Both the position numbers and the translations under genes were made by a program. From the IMG/VR virus record IMGVR_UViG_3300032323_001975, positions 1-60,727 of that record: a stretch of DNA of 60,727 bases; one strand, 5' to 3'. Under the pieces are notes generated by a model. The model saw only the letters and a program-made list of their open reading frames with translations, made no database searches and was not told the origin of the DNA. This stretch comes from a virus. Its lineage: Duplodnaviria > Caudoviricetes. Of this stretch, positions 48,185 to 58,394 are shown piece after piece; position 1 is the stretch's first letter, and every line of letters starts with the position of its first letter.

Positions 48185-49771
48185 TTATATTCCTGGAGAT
48201 TGTGTGCGTGGTGTTGCAGAATCTACCGTTCCGTCGCTAAACTTTTTGATTCCTGTTGCTCGATTCCATGGTTCATGAGTTGGCGTAAATGGTGCTATAC
48301 TTTCAAATTCGTTTTCATACTTAAACCATCTTCCTGTTTCATCATCTTTTCTTACATCTGTTTGCTTAAACATTATTAAGTTTGGATTAATTTCAGGCTG
48401 AGGTGGTGCTACTGGTGCAGTTGGCACTTTACCTGGAGTATTTAAATGTATTTGGCTACCAACAAGTTTAAGTTCTCCCGAAGTTTTCCAACCCCCGGTA
48501 CTTGAATAAACTGAAGTCTCTCCCGAAGTTTCCCAAGTTCCTGTTCCGGCTTTAATAGAAAATAGACTAGAACATTCCCAAGTTCCATTTATAGATCTTA
48601 CATTCATTTTACCGCCGGCTCTGATTCCAACTACACCAGCATTTACATTATAAATTGACGAGGCTGTCAACAAATGATTTTGTGTTTGAGTATGTATTGT
48701 AGATCCTGCAAACATTTGAATAGTATCACCAGCATGAATGTTTACATTAGCATCACTATGTAGATTTAAATCTTTTTGTGCTCTTACACTAACATTTCCG
48801 GCACCGTATATATTAATACTTCCATCAGGGGTAAGTTCCACCCAGCTAGTGCCTAAGCTATTACTAATATACATAACATTAGCAGTGTCGTGCATTATTA
48901 TTTGGTGGCCGCCGGCGCTACGTAGTCTTACTAAATTACTGTCGCCAAAAGCATCACCATCATCCATTACAAAAGTATGGCCACCTTTTCTATAGATTGG
49001 TAATAACTCAGCTGAGCCAACTTTATATTCACCAGCTTTTAATCTATTTTCAAAATCTGGTATTTCTGCTGTGTCAGGAAAAGGTCTTCCTGGACTACTG
49101 ATTCCTATTACACGGCTTGGTGTATCACGCTGACTGCTACTAGTTACTGTGCCTCTTAGAGGATCTGTATCTAGTCCCTGTTCAATAACAACGTTAGCCT
49201 GATATTTGTGAATAAGTTTAGGAGCAGTTGCAAAATTAGACTTGGTATCATTATCACCTGCCGACATATTCAACTCTGTGACAGGAAGATAACTGTCAAA
49301 TTCAGTGCGATTAAAAAATTCATCAGATACTATTATCTGTTGGTTATCAATCGGACGTCCAATTGCAGGAACCATTTGTTGTACTGGAGTATTAGGTACA
49401 CAGGCGAACCAGTAACCTCTACTAGGATCTCCCATTACAAAAGTTATTAAAACAAAGTTGTCTAAGTCAGGAGGTACAGCCCAGAATCCATATGTTTGTT
49501 TTTCTGCTCCATATACATCAATTTGTTCTGCACTAGTGCCTGTTGTGCTACCAAAATAAGGGCTAGCATAACTTATGGTATACCAGTTACTGGGATCATC
49601 TTCTTGTCCACCAAGATCAGGAATCCAAACTTGGACTCGTCCTAGTCTAGCCGGATCAACATTATTTTTTATTTTACCTATAAAAGGTCCAGAGTCTACA
49701 CGTACCCCTGGACTATTTTCTCTGGTTATCCAATCTGGTTGTTTACTTCCTGCACGTCGATCTGTTGCCAT
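48185..49771 (-). CDS. gp5: Baseplate central spike (gp5/VgrG-like)
   Basis: OB-fold DPARLGRVQVWIP..W..ASP..GFW..PP, GH.F.MDD..RLRS..GHQI..HD, beta-helix repeats; GAGGA SD. Confidence 0.85.
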   Translation of the reverse strand: MATDRRAGSKQPDWITRENSPGVRVDSGPFIGKIKNNVDPARLGRVQVWIPDLGGQEDDPSNWYTISYASPYFGSTTGTSAEQIDVYGAEKQTYGFWAVPPDLDNFVLITFVMGDPSRGYWFACVPNTPVQQMVPAIGRPIDNQQIIVSDEFFNRTEFDSYLPVTELNMSAGDNDTKSNFATAPKLIHKYQANVVIEQGLDTDPLRGTVTSSSQRDTPSRVIGISSPGRPFPDTAEIPDFENRLKAGEYKVGSAELLPIYRKGGHTFVMDDGDAFGDSNLVRLRSAGGHQIIMHDTANVMYISNSLGTSWVELTPDGSINIYGAGNVSVRAQKDLNLHSDANVNIHAGDTIQMFAGSTIHTQTQNHLLTASSIYNVNAGVVGIRAGGKMNVRSINGTWECSSLFSIKAGTGTWETSGETSVYSSTGGWKTSGELKLVGSQIHLNTPGKVPTAPVAPPQPEINPNLIMFKQTDVRKDDETGRWFKYENEFESIAPFTPTHEPWNRATGIKKFSDGTVDSATPRTQSPGI

Positions 49772-49783
49772 TTTTTCCTCGAT

Positions 49784-52700
49784 TTATAACTGACTTAGTT
49801 TTTGCTGTAGTTGTTCAATTGATTTTAATCCATCTGTTTTACGTTGAATCAATAATCCTTCTATTTCCCCAATATTAAAGTAAAGCGTCCCAGCAGATGT
49901 ATTTGTTAAATTTGATGCATCGGCTCGATTTTTAATATTGTTAAATGATTCAAAATATTGATTAAACTTTTGATCCCTTCTTTGCTTGATAGCAATTTCT
50001 TGGTCAATTTTTTCTTTAACTGATAGATTAGGATTTTCCCTCGCCGCAATAATCTCATTGTTAAAAGCGAGTGTATTTTGCGTAAGATCCGTTAGAGACA
50101 AACGTAATTCTTTCTGTAAAGCTGTTGTTCTTTCAATTTGTTCTACTAGTGTTAAACTAGTAGCACTACTAGAATTAGCGTTTTGTGTGGTGCTATCTAG
50201 TGCAGGTGCCGCTGCTACTGACTTATCACTTTCACGTGGAGTTCCTGCTCCTTGAGTGTCAGATACAGGATTAACATTTGTTGATGCTCCTGCTGATTTT
50301 AATTTTTCATCTACTTGCGGTAAATTTACTCCAGCTTCAGCTGGTAAGTTAGTGCCTGGCAGATCTGTTCCTGGTGTTCTTGATCCAACAACTGTTGCAT
50401 TAGTTGTCGAGGTGGCCAGATCCTCAATTGAGACTTGTTCGGCGGGCAATCTAATTAATTCTAAGATTTGTACAAACTGTCCGCGATTAAATTCGCTTTT
50501 GACTTTCATCACTCTGAATATACCGCTAAATGATCCATTGGTAGTTCTACCGTTAGTTAATATAATTTGTTTATTTGTGATACCAATACTATCATTGATA
50601 TCAATGGCATTTTTAATATTAATCTGTACATATACTTCTTCTTGGTCAAAAATAATTTGTTGAGTTTCTAAGTCAATTGGTGGAGTATTTGCAGTTATAT
50701 TTGAATTTACTAATTTTGTATAATCTGGACTCATTGGATTAACAAAAATTTCATCTTGTTTGATAAAAGCCGGATCCCCAACAATTTTCATACGCAAATT
50801 CAACATATCACCACGACTACTTGTGTATATACTATTAGTAAGACTAGCTACACTTGCATCTCTTGGATCTTGATTTCTATTGTTTTGTCCGGAATATCTT
50901 GTATTGTTAATAACTGCCACTGTGCTAATTGGTAAATCAGGAGGAGGTGGTCTTTTTTCTACCACCTGATTTGATGAATTTGGATTATTAAAAGAACTTC
51001 TAGTAACTTGGCCGTTGGTAATAGCCGACAAAACATTATTAGCTATTGGAGCTATTGCTGTTTGCATTTCTGGGCTGTAAGCACCTCCTGGCGCTTCGGG
51101 GTCAGCACCATCATAACTTCCTGAGGCTGTTTTATAATCCTGAAAAGCCGTGATCTGAGCAATGAAAGCAGAATTAAAATCAAAATCCAAGCTAATAATA
51201 TCTCGATTTAATCCAGTATAATAATAATCATATTTTCTTACACATTTTTTATTGCTAATAACTGTTTTTTTAAAATCAGGATGATATAAATTAGACGTTG
51301 TATAAGGAAGAATAGAATAAGTTACAACTTTACTGTAGGCATTTCTGGCCGCATCAAAATCTTTAAGATAAACTTGCGGAATAATTTTGTACCATGTTAA
51401 TGGTTGTGTTCTAGAAGTAACCTTACTGTTAGCACCTGAACCTTGTTCATTAGCACGTTGTCTTGCCTCTTCTTCTTGTTTTTTTGCTGTTTGTACTTGA
51501 GACTTGATATATTCGCTTGAGTTCATTACTCTCTCAATTAGTCCTAATACATTAGTGCCAGCATGAATATTAAACACACTTTTACTTTTAAAAAATTGAC
51601 TTGACCCATCAATAGTCAATGAATAATTACTATCTGCATCAGAAAACTCTGCCTTATCTGCATTAGTTTTATTTTCATCTACAATTAAACTATTTTTAAT
51701 ATCATCGTGAATGTTAAAAGCTACTAAAGATGGTGGTTGAGTAAACTTTGCTTTACCTTGCCCAACTAGACTTTTCATAAATTGGTTGTAGGCGTTAGGA
51801 AAACTCTTGACTTTATATATTTGACTAGCTTTTATTTTTTCTCTTAATCTTTGAATATCATCTTCTTCGAGTGTATCTCCTGTTGTTTGTTTAATCCTGA
51901 GAACCTCTTTATTAACAGCAGCATTTATTCTTTCTTCGCTAATTTTAGATTGATCAATAAACTCGTTAATTAATTCAGTGCTATCAAAATAGTCTCCTAC
52001 TGTAGTAGCAGTTACTTCCATGTTAATAGGAACGGCACTTACACTTTCAGAAAATGCTGTATGATTAAATGGTATGGCTCTAACATTATATTCTGTACCA
52101 CCGGATCCTGGTTTAATTTTCATTTCTGTAAATCTAATAGGAATACTCTTGGTATTGATTAATATACCGCTGTCACCAAGAGCACTATTTTTTTCAATTA
52201 CATTAGCTATAAAATCAATTTGCAATAGATACGGTTGTTCTACATAATTTTTACATGAAGCGGTTACATCACACGCCGACATAAGTCTATCTAATAGACT
52301 CATACCATATGGTTCAATGATATTAAATGCTATATCTACAGCATTACTGGCTTTTGTTCGTGCATTAAGTCCTACTATAGTTTCTATACTTAAATTTTCT
52401 ATAAAAAAATCTTCTAGGAAATCTGGATGTCTAATAGGACCATTTCCTGCAGTTTCTGCAAAAGCTCCTCCACTACTAATAAGAGCATATTTTGGTTTAA
52501 ACGTTTTTGGATTATCAACTAATTTTGTGTAATCTTCTGCGGTTAGCAAGAATAAGGTAATTCTATAGGTATAACTAGTATAATCATGTAGTTGATTGTA
52601 TTTTTCTACGTACGGTGTTTGTTTAGTTCCAATGGTATTAGTTTTTATAGCTTCTTTATCAAAATTAGATTCATCTCTTCGACTACCGCTTCCGCCAGAT

Positions 52701-53107
52701 AAAACTCCTCCTTGAGCGGCAAATATTTGTTGGTCAGTGGTTCCGTTATTTGCCGCAACAACTTTAGCGGATTCTGATTCATTTAATGAACTTTTTCCTG
52801 ATGTTGTGCCGTCTGGGTTTAGTGCTTCTTCTGCTGTTCTGGCCTGGGCGGCAGCAGTGCTATCGCCAGATCCAGGTATATCTTTTGGAGTATTATTATC
52901 TACTTGTTGTTCGGCTGTTTGTCCAGCAGCAGAATTTTGTGCAGACAACTGTACTTGTGTTTGATTTCTTTGTTCTTGTAGTGCATCTATTTCTCGTTGA
53001 AGAATCTCAGCATTATTGGTAAATCCAAGATTTTCTGCTGCTACTTTCCGTGATTCAAGAGCAGAAATTTTGCTGTCAATTTGAGATATCTGTTCTTGAT
53101 ATGCCAC
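49784..53107 (-). CDS. Baseplate hub protein (gp27/late-control-D-like) with coiled-coil termini
   Basis: NQLHDYTSYTY, FFIEN, F.I.EPYG, YDY.YTG.N.DI, I.GDP.FI, FSG.F.V..V.S.F..GQF.Q.L; lies between the gp53- and gp5-like genes. Confidence 0.65.
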   Translation of the reverse strand: MAYQEQISQIDSKISALESRKVAAENLGFTNNAEILQREIDALQEQRNQTQVQLSAQNSAAGQTAEQQVDNNTPKDIPGSGDSTAAAQARTAEEALNPDGTTSGKSSLNESESAKVVAANNGTTDQQIFAAQGGVLSGGSGSRRDESNFDKEAIKTNTIGTKQTPYVEKYNQLHDYTSYTYRITLFLLTAEDYTKLVDNPKTFKPKYALISSGGAFAETAGNGPIRHPDFLEDFFIENLSIETIVGLNARTKASNAVDIAFNIIEPYGMSLLDRLMSACDVTASCKNYVEQPYLLQIDFIANVIEKNSALGDSGILINTKSIPIRFTEMKIKPGSGGTEYNVRAIPFNHTAFSESVSAVPINMEVTATTVGDYFDSTELINEFIDQSKISEERINAAVNKEVLRIKQTTGDTLEEDDIQRLREKIKASQIYKVKSFPNAYNQFMKSLVGQGKAKFTQPPSLVAFNIHDDIKNSLIVDENKTNADKAEFSDADSNYSLTIDGSSQFFKSKSVFNIHAGTNVLGLIERVMNSSEYIKSQVQTAKKQEEEARQRANEQGSGANSKVTSRTQPLTWYKIIPQVYLKDFDAARNAYSKVVTYSILPYTTSNLYHPDFKKTVISNKKCVRKYDYYYTGLNRDIISLDFDFNSAFIAQITAFQDYKTASGSYDGADPEAPGGAYSPEMQTAIAPIANNVLSAITNGQVTRSSFNNPNSSNQVVEKRPPPPDLPISTVAVINNTRYSGQNNRNQDPRDASVASLTNSIYTSSRGDMLNLRMKIVGDPAFIKQDEIFVNPMSPDYTKLVNSNITANTPPIDLETQQIIFDQEEVYVQINIKNAIDINDSIGITNKQIILTNGRTTNGSFSGIFRVMKVKSEFNRGQFVQILELIRLPAEQVSIEDLATSTTNATVVGSRTPGTDLPGTNLPAEAGVNLPQVDEKLKSAGASTNVNPVSDTQGAGTPRESDKSVAAAPALDSTTQNANSSSATSLTLVEQIERTTALQKELRLSLTDLTQNTLAFNNEIIAARENPNLSVKEKIDQEIAIKQRRDQKFNQYFESFNNIKNRADASNLTNTSAGTLYFNIGEIEGLLIQRKTDGLKSIEQLQQKLSQL

Positions 53108-53110
53108 CGA

Positions 53111-53416
53111 TTAGACCCCTAAATCTTGTTGCAGTGTAGTTTTTTTTGGCACATAAATTCTTACACCTGCACGAAAATCAAATAAAGGATCTTTAAGAAC
53201 GTTTGGATTACGCTGTGCAAACACCCACCACAATCTACTGTCTCCGTATAAATCAAAAGCCAACATGTCCGGTCTAAATTCATACACTTTATCAATTTCA
53301 TAAAGTACATCGTCGGCTAATTTAGTAATAGGTCTATTGACCATTAAATCTAAGAAAATACCAAATTTTTGTGTTTGAAAATATGGACTGCTAGATGAGT
53401 ATGTAACCTTGCTCAT
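53111..53416 (-). CDS. gp53: Baseplate wedge subunit (gp53/LysM-like)
   Basis: RPDMLAFDLYGDSRLWWVFAQRN..G..IYVP. Confidence 0.82.
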   Translation of the reverse strand: MSKVTYSSSSPYFQTQKFGIFLDLMVNRPITKLADDVLYEIDKVYEFRPDMLAFDLYGDSRLWWVFAQRNPNVLKDPLFDFRAGVRIYVPKKTTLQQDLGV

Positions 53417-54480
53417 TAAATCATTCCCTTACTAATTAAATCTCCTCTAGCAAATGCTGAATAATCAAATTCTCTTTGCATGTTTCTACTATAAACAGGT
53501 TGGAATGTTATTTGAAATTGACTAGCGGTTGGCACTCTGGTTTTATTAACCGGAGTTTGTGTAGTTGTAATTGTTCTTGGTGCATTAATTTTATTTGCTG
53601 CACCAAAATTTGCATTTTTTGACAGGGTGTCCCCGGCCGCTCCAAATACATTTATTTTTACACCATTGGTGCCAGGGACTGAAATTTCTGAAGATCTATT
53701 AGTGGTTATACTTTCGCCTGATACCGCAGTTTCAATATAATCTACATCAGATGGCATAGTATGACTAAAAGCAGTCACAACACAAGGAACATGTGGTAAA
53801 TAATGTGCACCATAGCCATCAAGATACACTATTGGTGGTGGTGCACCTTGATACTTTCCGCTTTTACCATAAAACATTTTGGTAGCAGCACGGAAAAAGT
53901 ACAAGGCAGCTAGAAAGTACGCACCTTCAGATGCGTTTTGAACAGTAAAATCTGCTGTTATGCTAATACTTTGAACAGCACTAGATTCATAAAAGTGATT
54001 GCTGTAGTTAGTATGTGTTAAATTTTGACTACTATATGTAGCAGTGTGATTTACTGTAACAGTAGGTACATATGGGAAAACAACACCCCCTGTTTCACGA
54101 AGAGGCGAAAGGATCCTAGCATTAGCATCATAATAAAGAATTCCGCTATTTACAGGAACACTTACACTGACTCTCCAATTGCCTGGATCTTTGGCTGTAC
54201 TGCCAAATTTTATATTACTGTCCCCCGGGTTCGGGTTTCCTCCGGAAATGCTACCGGCTATAGCTGTAAAAGTAGTTCCTCCCCCAATTGGGTCAAATCC
54301 CGCTCGAAGTTTTCTAACAAGTCCTGGGTCAAATGCAGTTCCACCTTTGCCAGAAGTAGCATTAGCTGCTTCAGGACCTGGATAAGGTTTATATGGCCCG
54401 TATTTAGAACGCCAAGCAGCTTCATCTGCATCTGTTCTTATATTAGTAGTATTACCTGTTCCGTCAACAACTACGCCCAT
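53416..54480 (-). CDS. Tail tube initiator / baseplate-tube junction protein (gp48/gp54-like)
   Basis: FPYVPTV..A.Y..THTNY..Y..S, FT.QN, PPPIV.L.GYG..VPCVV..F..P.DVDY. Confidence 0.6.
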   Translation of the reverse strand: MGVVVDGTGNTTNIRTDADEAAWRSKYGPYKPYPGPEAANATSGKGGTAFDPGLVRKLRAGFDPIGGGTTFTAIAGSISGGNPNPGDSNIKFGSTAKDPGNWRVSVSVPVNSGILYYDANARILSPLRETGGVVFPYVPTVTVNHTATYSSQNLTHTNYSNHFYESSAVQSISITADFTVQNASEGAYFLAALYFFRAATKMFYGKSGKYQGAPPPIVYLDGYGAHYLPHVPCVVTAFSHTMPSDVDYIETAVSGESITTNRSSEISVPGTNGVKINVFGAAGDTLSKNANFGAANKINAPRTITTTQTPVNKTRVPTASQFQITFQPVYSRNMQREFDYSAFARGDLISKGMI

Positions 54481-54507
54481 TTTTAAAAGATCCTCTTGTA
54501 ATTTTAG

Positions 54508-54530
54508 TATTTATTTGCTAAATTAACAGC
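54508..54530 (-). promoter_or_regulatory. Late promoter candidate GCTGTT-N11-TAAATA at the head of the tail/baseplate operon
   Basis: Minus strand gctgtt-aatttagcaaa-taaata, then a GAGGA SD and the ATG at 54480. Confidence 0.62.
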
Positions 54531-54549
54531 ATATTTAAAGGAAACAAAA

Positions 54550-55428
54550 TTGAAACATAACTATCTTAACAATCGAGATATACTTAAAGAAATTCATAAA
54601 AGTAAAATGACTTACTGTAGTTTTGCTTCGCCCGGCGATGCACACTATGATATTATACTTGACAGCCTATCAAAAATTAATCGAAACACTATTGCCGAAG
54701 CACGTAGATTACGTGCAGATCGTTTAGCCAGGGTAAATTACGAACAGGCACAGGCACAAACTACAGATAAACTAAGATTAGATGACTTTAGCATTGATCC
54801 TAAAAAAATCCCGGATACCGAGATAGTTTTTAGAATATCCACGTGGGAGCATGTCCCCATAGATAACAGCAAAAAGAAAAAAGCCCCAGACCCATCAGAT
54901 GAAGAATCTATTCATACTGAATACGACCTAGATGACGCTGTTCCAACAACAGCCAAGTATGTTAAGATTAATTTTCCTCCGTTTAAACATTATAAAATTA
55001 CAGATAAAAAAATACCATATTGCGTTGGAATAAGCCACTGGAAGGGTGACATAGATAAAGGAAGTTTTTGTCGAGATCATGGCACCATGACCCCAAAACT
55101 AGCACATATGTTTATAAAATTATGTGAACGTTATGCTACACGCAGCAATTGGCGAGGCTACACTTATAATGATGAAATGCGTAGTCAAGCATTACTACAG
55201 TTATCTCAGATAGGATTACAATTTGATGAAAGCAAGAGTCAGAACCCGTTCGCTTATTACACTGCCGCTATCACTAATAGTTTTACTAGAGTTCTTAATA
55301 TCGAAAAACGCAACCAAAACTTACGAGATGATATTCTTGAAATGAACGGTTTGACTCCCAGCTATACTAGACAAGGTATGGGATCGTGGGGCGGAGGCTC
55401 GCCTTCTGGTGATTACAACGACGATTGA
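54550..55428 (+). CDS. gp55: Late-transcription sigma factor (T4 gp55-like)
   Basis: NYLNN.D.L, SNWRGYTYNDEM..A..FD..KS.NPFAYYT..FTR.L..EK; TTG start with AAGGA SD; upstream of gp47 as in T4-like phages. Confidence 0.88.
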   Translation: MKHNYLNNRDILKEIHKSKMTYCSFASPGDAHYDIILDSLSKINRNTIAEARRLRADRLARVNYEQAQAQTTDKLRLDDFSIDPKKIPDTEIVFRISTWEHVPIDNSKKKKAPDPSDEESIHTEYDLDDAVPTTAKYVKINFPPFKHYKITDKKIPYCVGISHWKGDIDKGSFCRDHGTMTPKLAHMFIKLCERYATRSNWRGYTYNDEMRSQALLQLSQIGLQFDESKSQNPFAYYTAAITNSFTRVLNIEKRNQNLRDDILEMNGLTPSYTRQGMGSWGGGSPSGDYNDD

Positions 55429-55430
55429 GT

Positions 55431-55460
55431 TTGACTTCGCTAATTATAAAAGTGTAAACT
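55431..55460 (+). promoter_or_regulatory. Sigma70-like promoter, probably leaderless, for gp47
   Basis: TTGACT-18 bp-TAAACT ending 6 nt before ATG 55467; no SD. Confidence 0.5.
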
Positions 55461-55466
55461 ATACAG

Positions 55467-56486
55467 ATGTCTAATCTTTTTAAACGAGCAGCAGTCTGCA
55501 CAGATATACATTTTGGATTAAAAAGCAACAGTCAAACACACAATGATGATTGTTTGAATTTCATAAAATGGTTTACTCAAAAGGCCAAAGAAGAAGGATG
55601 TGAAACTGCGTTCTTTCTTGGGGACTGGCATAATAATCGAGCATCGATCAACATTGTCACTCTAAACTATAGCCTCAAGGCCCTGGAGCATTTGAATGAC
55701 AATTTTGAAGCTGTTTATTTTATTCCTGGCAATCACGATCTTTATTATCGCGACAAACGTGATGTCCAAAGTGTGGCGTGGGCACGGAACTTACCTAACA
55801 TTCATATTTGTAATGATTGGTATATCAGTGGCGACGTGGTTATTGCTCCTTGGTTGGTTGGTGACGATTATAAGCGAATCCCTAAGCTGACGGCCAAATA
55901 CATGTTTGGACATTTCGAACTGCCTACGTTTTACATGAATGCCATGGTTCAAATGCCCGATCACGGTGATGTCAAAAGAGAAGACTTTCATGGTGTTGAA
56001 CATGTATTCACCGGACATTTTCACAAACGACAAACACAAAAGAACATTACATACATTGGCAATTGCTTTCCACACAACTACGCAGACAACCATGACGACG
56101 AGCGTGGGATGATGATTCTAGAGTGGGGTGCTGAACCAGAGTATCATGCTTGGCCTGATCAACCCAGATACCGTGTGTATCAGTTGAGCGATGTACTTAC
56201 AAATACAGAAAAATTATTAAGTTCAGGAATGCATGTGCGTGTTAATCTTGACGTAGATATCAGTTACGAAGAAGCAACTTTTATCAAAGAAACATTTGTC
56301 AATACTTACAATCTCAGAGAGATAACTCTTATTCCGCAAAAAGTAGTTAGCGAAGACATCAATTACGATATTACCGGAAACATCATGTTTGAAAGTGTGG
56401 ATACCATTGTTACCAATCAACTCACAAATATTCAAAGCGAGCAGTATGATAAAACACTATTGCTTGACATTTACAGAAATCTTTAA
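55467..56486 (+). CDS. gp47: Recombination endonuclease subunit (gp47/Mre11/SbcD metallophosphoesterase)
   Basis: TDIHFG, LGDW, GNHD, GHFE, GHFH, YIGN. Confidence 0.93.
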   Translation: MSNLFKRAAVCTDIHFGLKSNSQTHNDDCLNFIKWFTQKAKEEGCETAFFLGDWHNNRASINIVTLNYSLKALEHLNDNFEAVYFIPGNHDLYYRDKRDVQSVAWARNLPNIHICNDWYISGDVVIAPWLVGDDYKRIPKLTAKYMFGHFELPTFYMNAMVQMPDHGDVKREDFHGVEHVFTGHFHKRQTQKNITYIGNCFPHNYADNHDDERGMMILEWGAEPEYHAWPDQPRYRVYQLSDVLTNTEKLLSSGMHVRVNLDVDISYEEATFIKETFVNTYNLREITLIPQKVVSEDINYDITGNIMFESVDTIVTNQLTNIQSEQYDKTLLLDIYRNL

Positions 56487-57148
56487 TGCACGATATAAAA
56501 CGCAATGATATCGCAAAACTAACTGAACTTGGTTTAGAGTTTGATCAACCATGGATGGTAGTTGATCATTTTGAAAAAATTATTGCGGAATATTTTGGAT
56601 CACCTTATGCAGTCGCAGTTGATTGTTGCACTCATGGAATTGAACTAGTATTAAGGCTACTGCCTCGTGTGACAAGCAAAGTGAAACTACCGGCTCACAC
56701 GTACATGAGTGTTCCGATGACGTTGGAAATTTTAGGTATTGAATATCAATTCACAAATGAAAAATGGCATGAACATTATACCTTAGATCCATATCCAATT
56801 GTGGATGCCGCCACTCAGTGGAGAGAAAACTCGTATCAGCCTGGTACTTACACTGTTATTAGTTTCCAATATCAAAAACACCTGGCGATAGGACGCGGTG
56901 GCATGATATTGTTGGATGATTATCAACATTACAACCAACTTCAGCACATGGTAAGAGATGGGCGAGATAGAACACTCAGTCATGTTGTGGATAATGTAAA
57001 AACACTTGGCTTTCATTACTACCTAACGCCCGAAGATGCAGCCCGTGGAATAAAACTTTTCCACTTGTTAAAACACAGTCCCTGGCAGAGCTGGAACTGG
57101 CAAAACTACACTGATTTAAGAACCAAGGAGTTTTTTTATGGCAAATAA
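56486..57148 (+). CDS. Short DegT/ArnB-like PLP aminotransferase
   Basis: FE..IA..F....AVAVDCCTHGI, PAHTYMSV, DAA, SFQYQKHL..GRGGMI. Confidence 0.82.
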   Translation: MHDIKRNDIAKLTELGLEFDQPWMVVDHFEKIIAEYFGSPYAVAVDCCTHGIELVLRLLPRVTSKVKLPAHTYMSVPMTLEILGIEYQFTNEKWHEHYTLDPYPIVDAATQWRENSYQPGTYTVISFQYQKHLAIGRGGMILLDDYQHYNQLQHMVRDGRDRTLSHVVDNVKTLGFHYYLTPEDAARGIKLFHLLKHSPWQSWNWQNYTDLRTKEFFYGK

Positions 57149-57650
57149 CTCCGGACATATAGATCCCTGGTGGGATCCTGAACAAATCAAAAATCTAAAA
57201 TTCAAATTAGATTTTCATAAAGATTCTGACCTTCTACAAAAATATTTAAATGCAGGGCACAGCAAAGATCATATTGCAATTTGGAACTATTTTGAACCTA
57301 ATCCCATGCCTGGGGATATTTCAATTTTTTATAATTATTTTCCAGAATTGAAAAAAATTGCTGTTGCAATTAACAAGCTGACACCTGGCACATACTTGCC
57401 GTTCCATAAAGATCTTTATGAACGATATTGTACAATACACCAAGTAAAAAACATCAAAAAAATTAAAAGAATAATCGTTATGATTGAAGATGCATTAGAC
57501 GGACAAATCTTTCAGGTGGGCAATCAAACTATGACCAATTGGCTGGCAGGTGATTGGATCAGTTGGCAAGGCGATCAAGCACATGCCACATACAATCTTG
57601 CATTGCAAGATAGATACGCATGGCAAATTACCGGGGTGCTCGAGTCGTGA
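57138..57650 (+). CDS. Cupin/2OG-Fe(II) oxygenase-like protein
   Basis: PG..LPFHKD (HxD) ... HATYN ... RYAWQITG. Confidence 0.65.
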   Translation: MANNSGHIDPWWDPEQIKNLKFKLDFHKDSDLLQKYLNAGHSKDHIAIWNYFEPNPMPGDISIFYNYFPELKKIAVAINKLTPGTYLPFHKDLYERYCTIHQVKNIKKIKRIIVMIEDALDGQIFQVGNQTMTNWLAGDWISWQGDQAHATYNLALQDRYAWQITGVLES

Positions 57651-58393
57651 TTTCGATAGTTGGATACGGTATTGTAGGACAAGCCACGCACGTTGGTTTG
57701 TTGGACAATCACGAGGTAACAATTCTTGACACTGCCAATGAAAAATTCCGTCAAACAGTTGTAGAAAATATGCATATTATTTTTATCTGTTTGCCATCTG
57801 ATAATGCCTATGATTTAAAAAATATTTTAGACACTTGTAAAACATTGCAAGTGTGCAACCCTGATGCAGAATTTGTGATAAGAAGCACAATACCGTTGTC
57901 GTTTATTGATACTATGTCAAACAACATAGATAGGTGGAGTTATTGTCCAGAATTTTTACGAGAAAGACATTGGAAAACAGACTGTTTGATTGAACCAATA
58001 ATTATTGGATGCAGGCAACCAAGTTTATTGATAAAACAATTGGCCTATAAAAAATTTAACACCATGACCATTCACGAAGCTGCCACATTAAAATTAGCAC
58101 TCAACTGCTTCAACTCATTGCGTGTGGTTTTTGCAAATCATATCTATAACATTTGCCAAACTAACGGAACAGATTATGACACAGTAAAAAAAGAACTGGC
58201 AAGCAAAATTGATTCTAGCGAACAAAGTTATTTGGAAGTAAATGAACTACTAAGAGGATTTGGGGGCAAGTGCTTGCCAAAAGATTTAGATCTATTGATA
58301 GATGATTTTTCAAGTTTCAATTTGCCACAAAGTCTTTTGAGTGCAATTCAGCAGGATAACAAATTATGGCCAATCACTGTTCGAGAAGACTAA
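57647..58393 (+). CDS. ugd: UDP-glucose/GDP-mannose 6-dehydrogenase family, short form
   Basis: VGYGIVG, ICLP, RST, PEFLRE, K...N.F, GFGGKCLPKD (catalytic Cys). Start moved to GTG 57647 (GTGA overlap). Confidence 0.88.
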   Translation: MISIVGYGIVGQATHVGLLDNHEVTILDTANEKFRQTVVENMHIIFICLPSDNAYDLKNILDTCKTLQVCNPDAEFVIRSTIPLSFIDTMSNNIDRWSYCPEFLRERHWKTDCLIEPIIIGCRQPSLLIKQLAYKKFNTMTIHEAATLKLALNCFNSLRVVFANHIYNICQTNGTDYDTVKKELASKIDSSEQSYLEVNELLRGFGGKCLPKDLDLLIDDFSSFNLPQSLLSAIQQDNKLWPITVRED

Positions 58394-58394
58394 C

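Noticed and set aside
42968-54480. eCIS/T6SS/tailocin rather than phage
   Set aside because: The adjacent late sigma factor, gp47/gp46, ThyA and TAAATA promoters indicate a lytic myophage.
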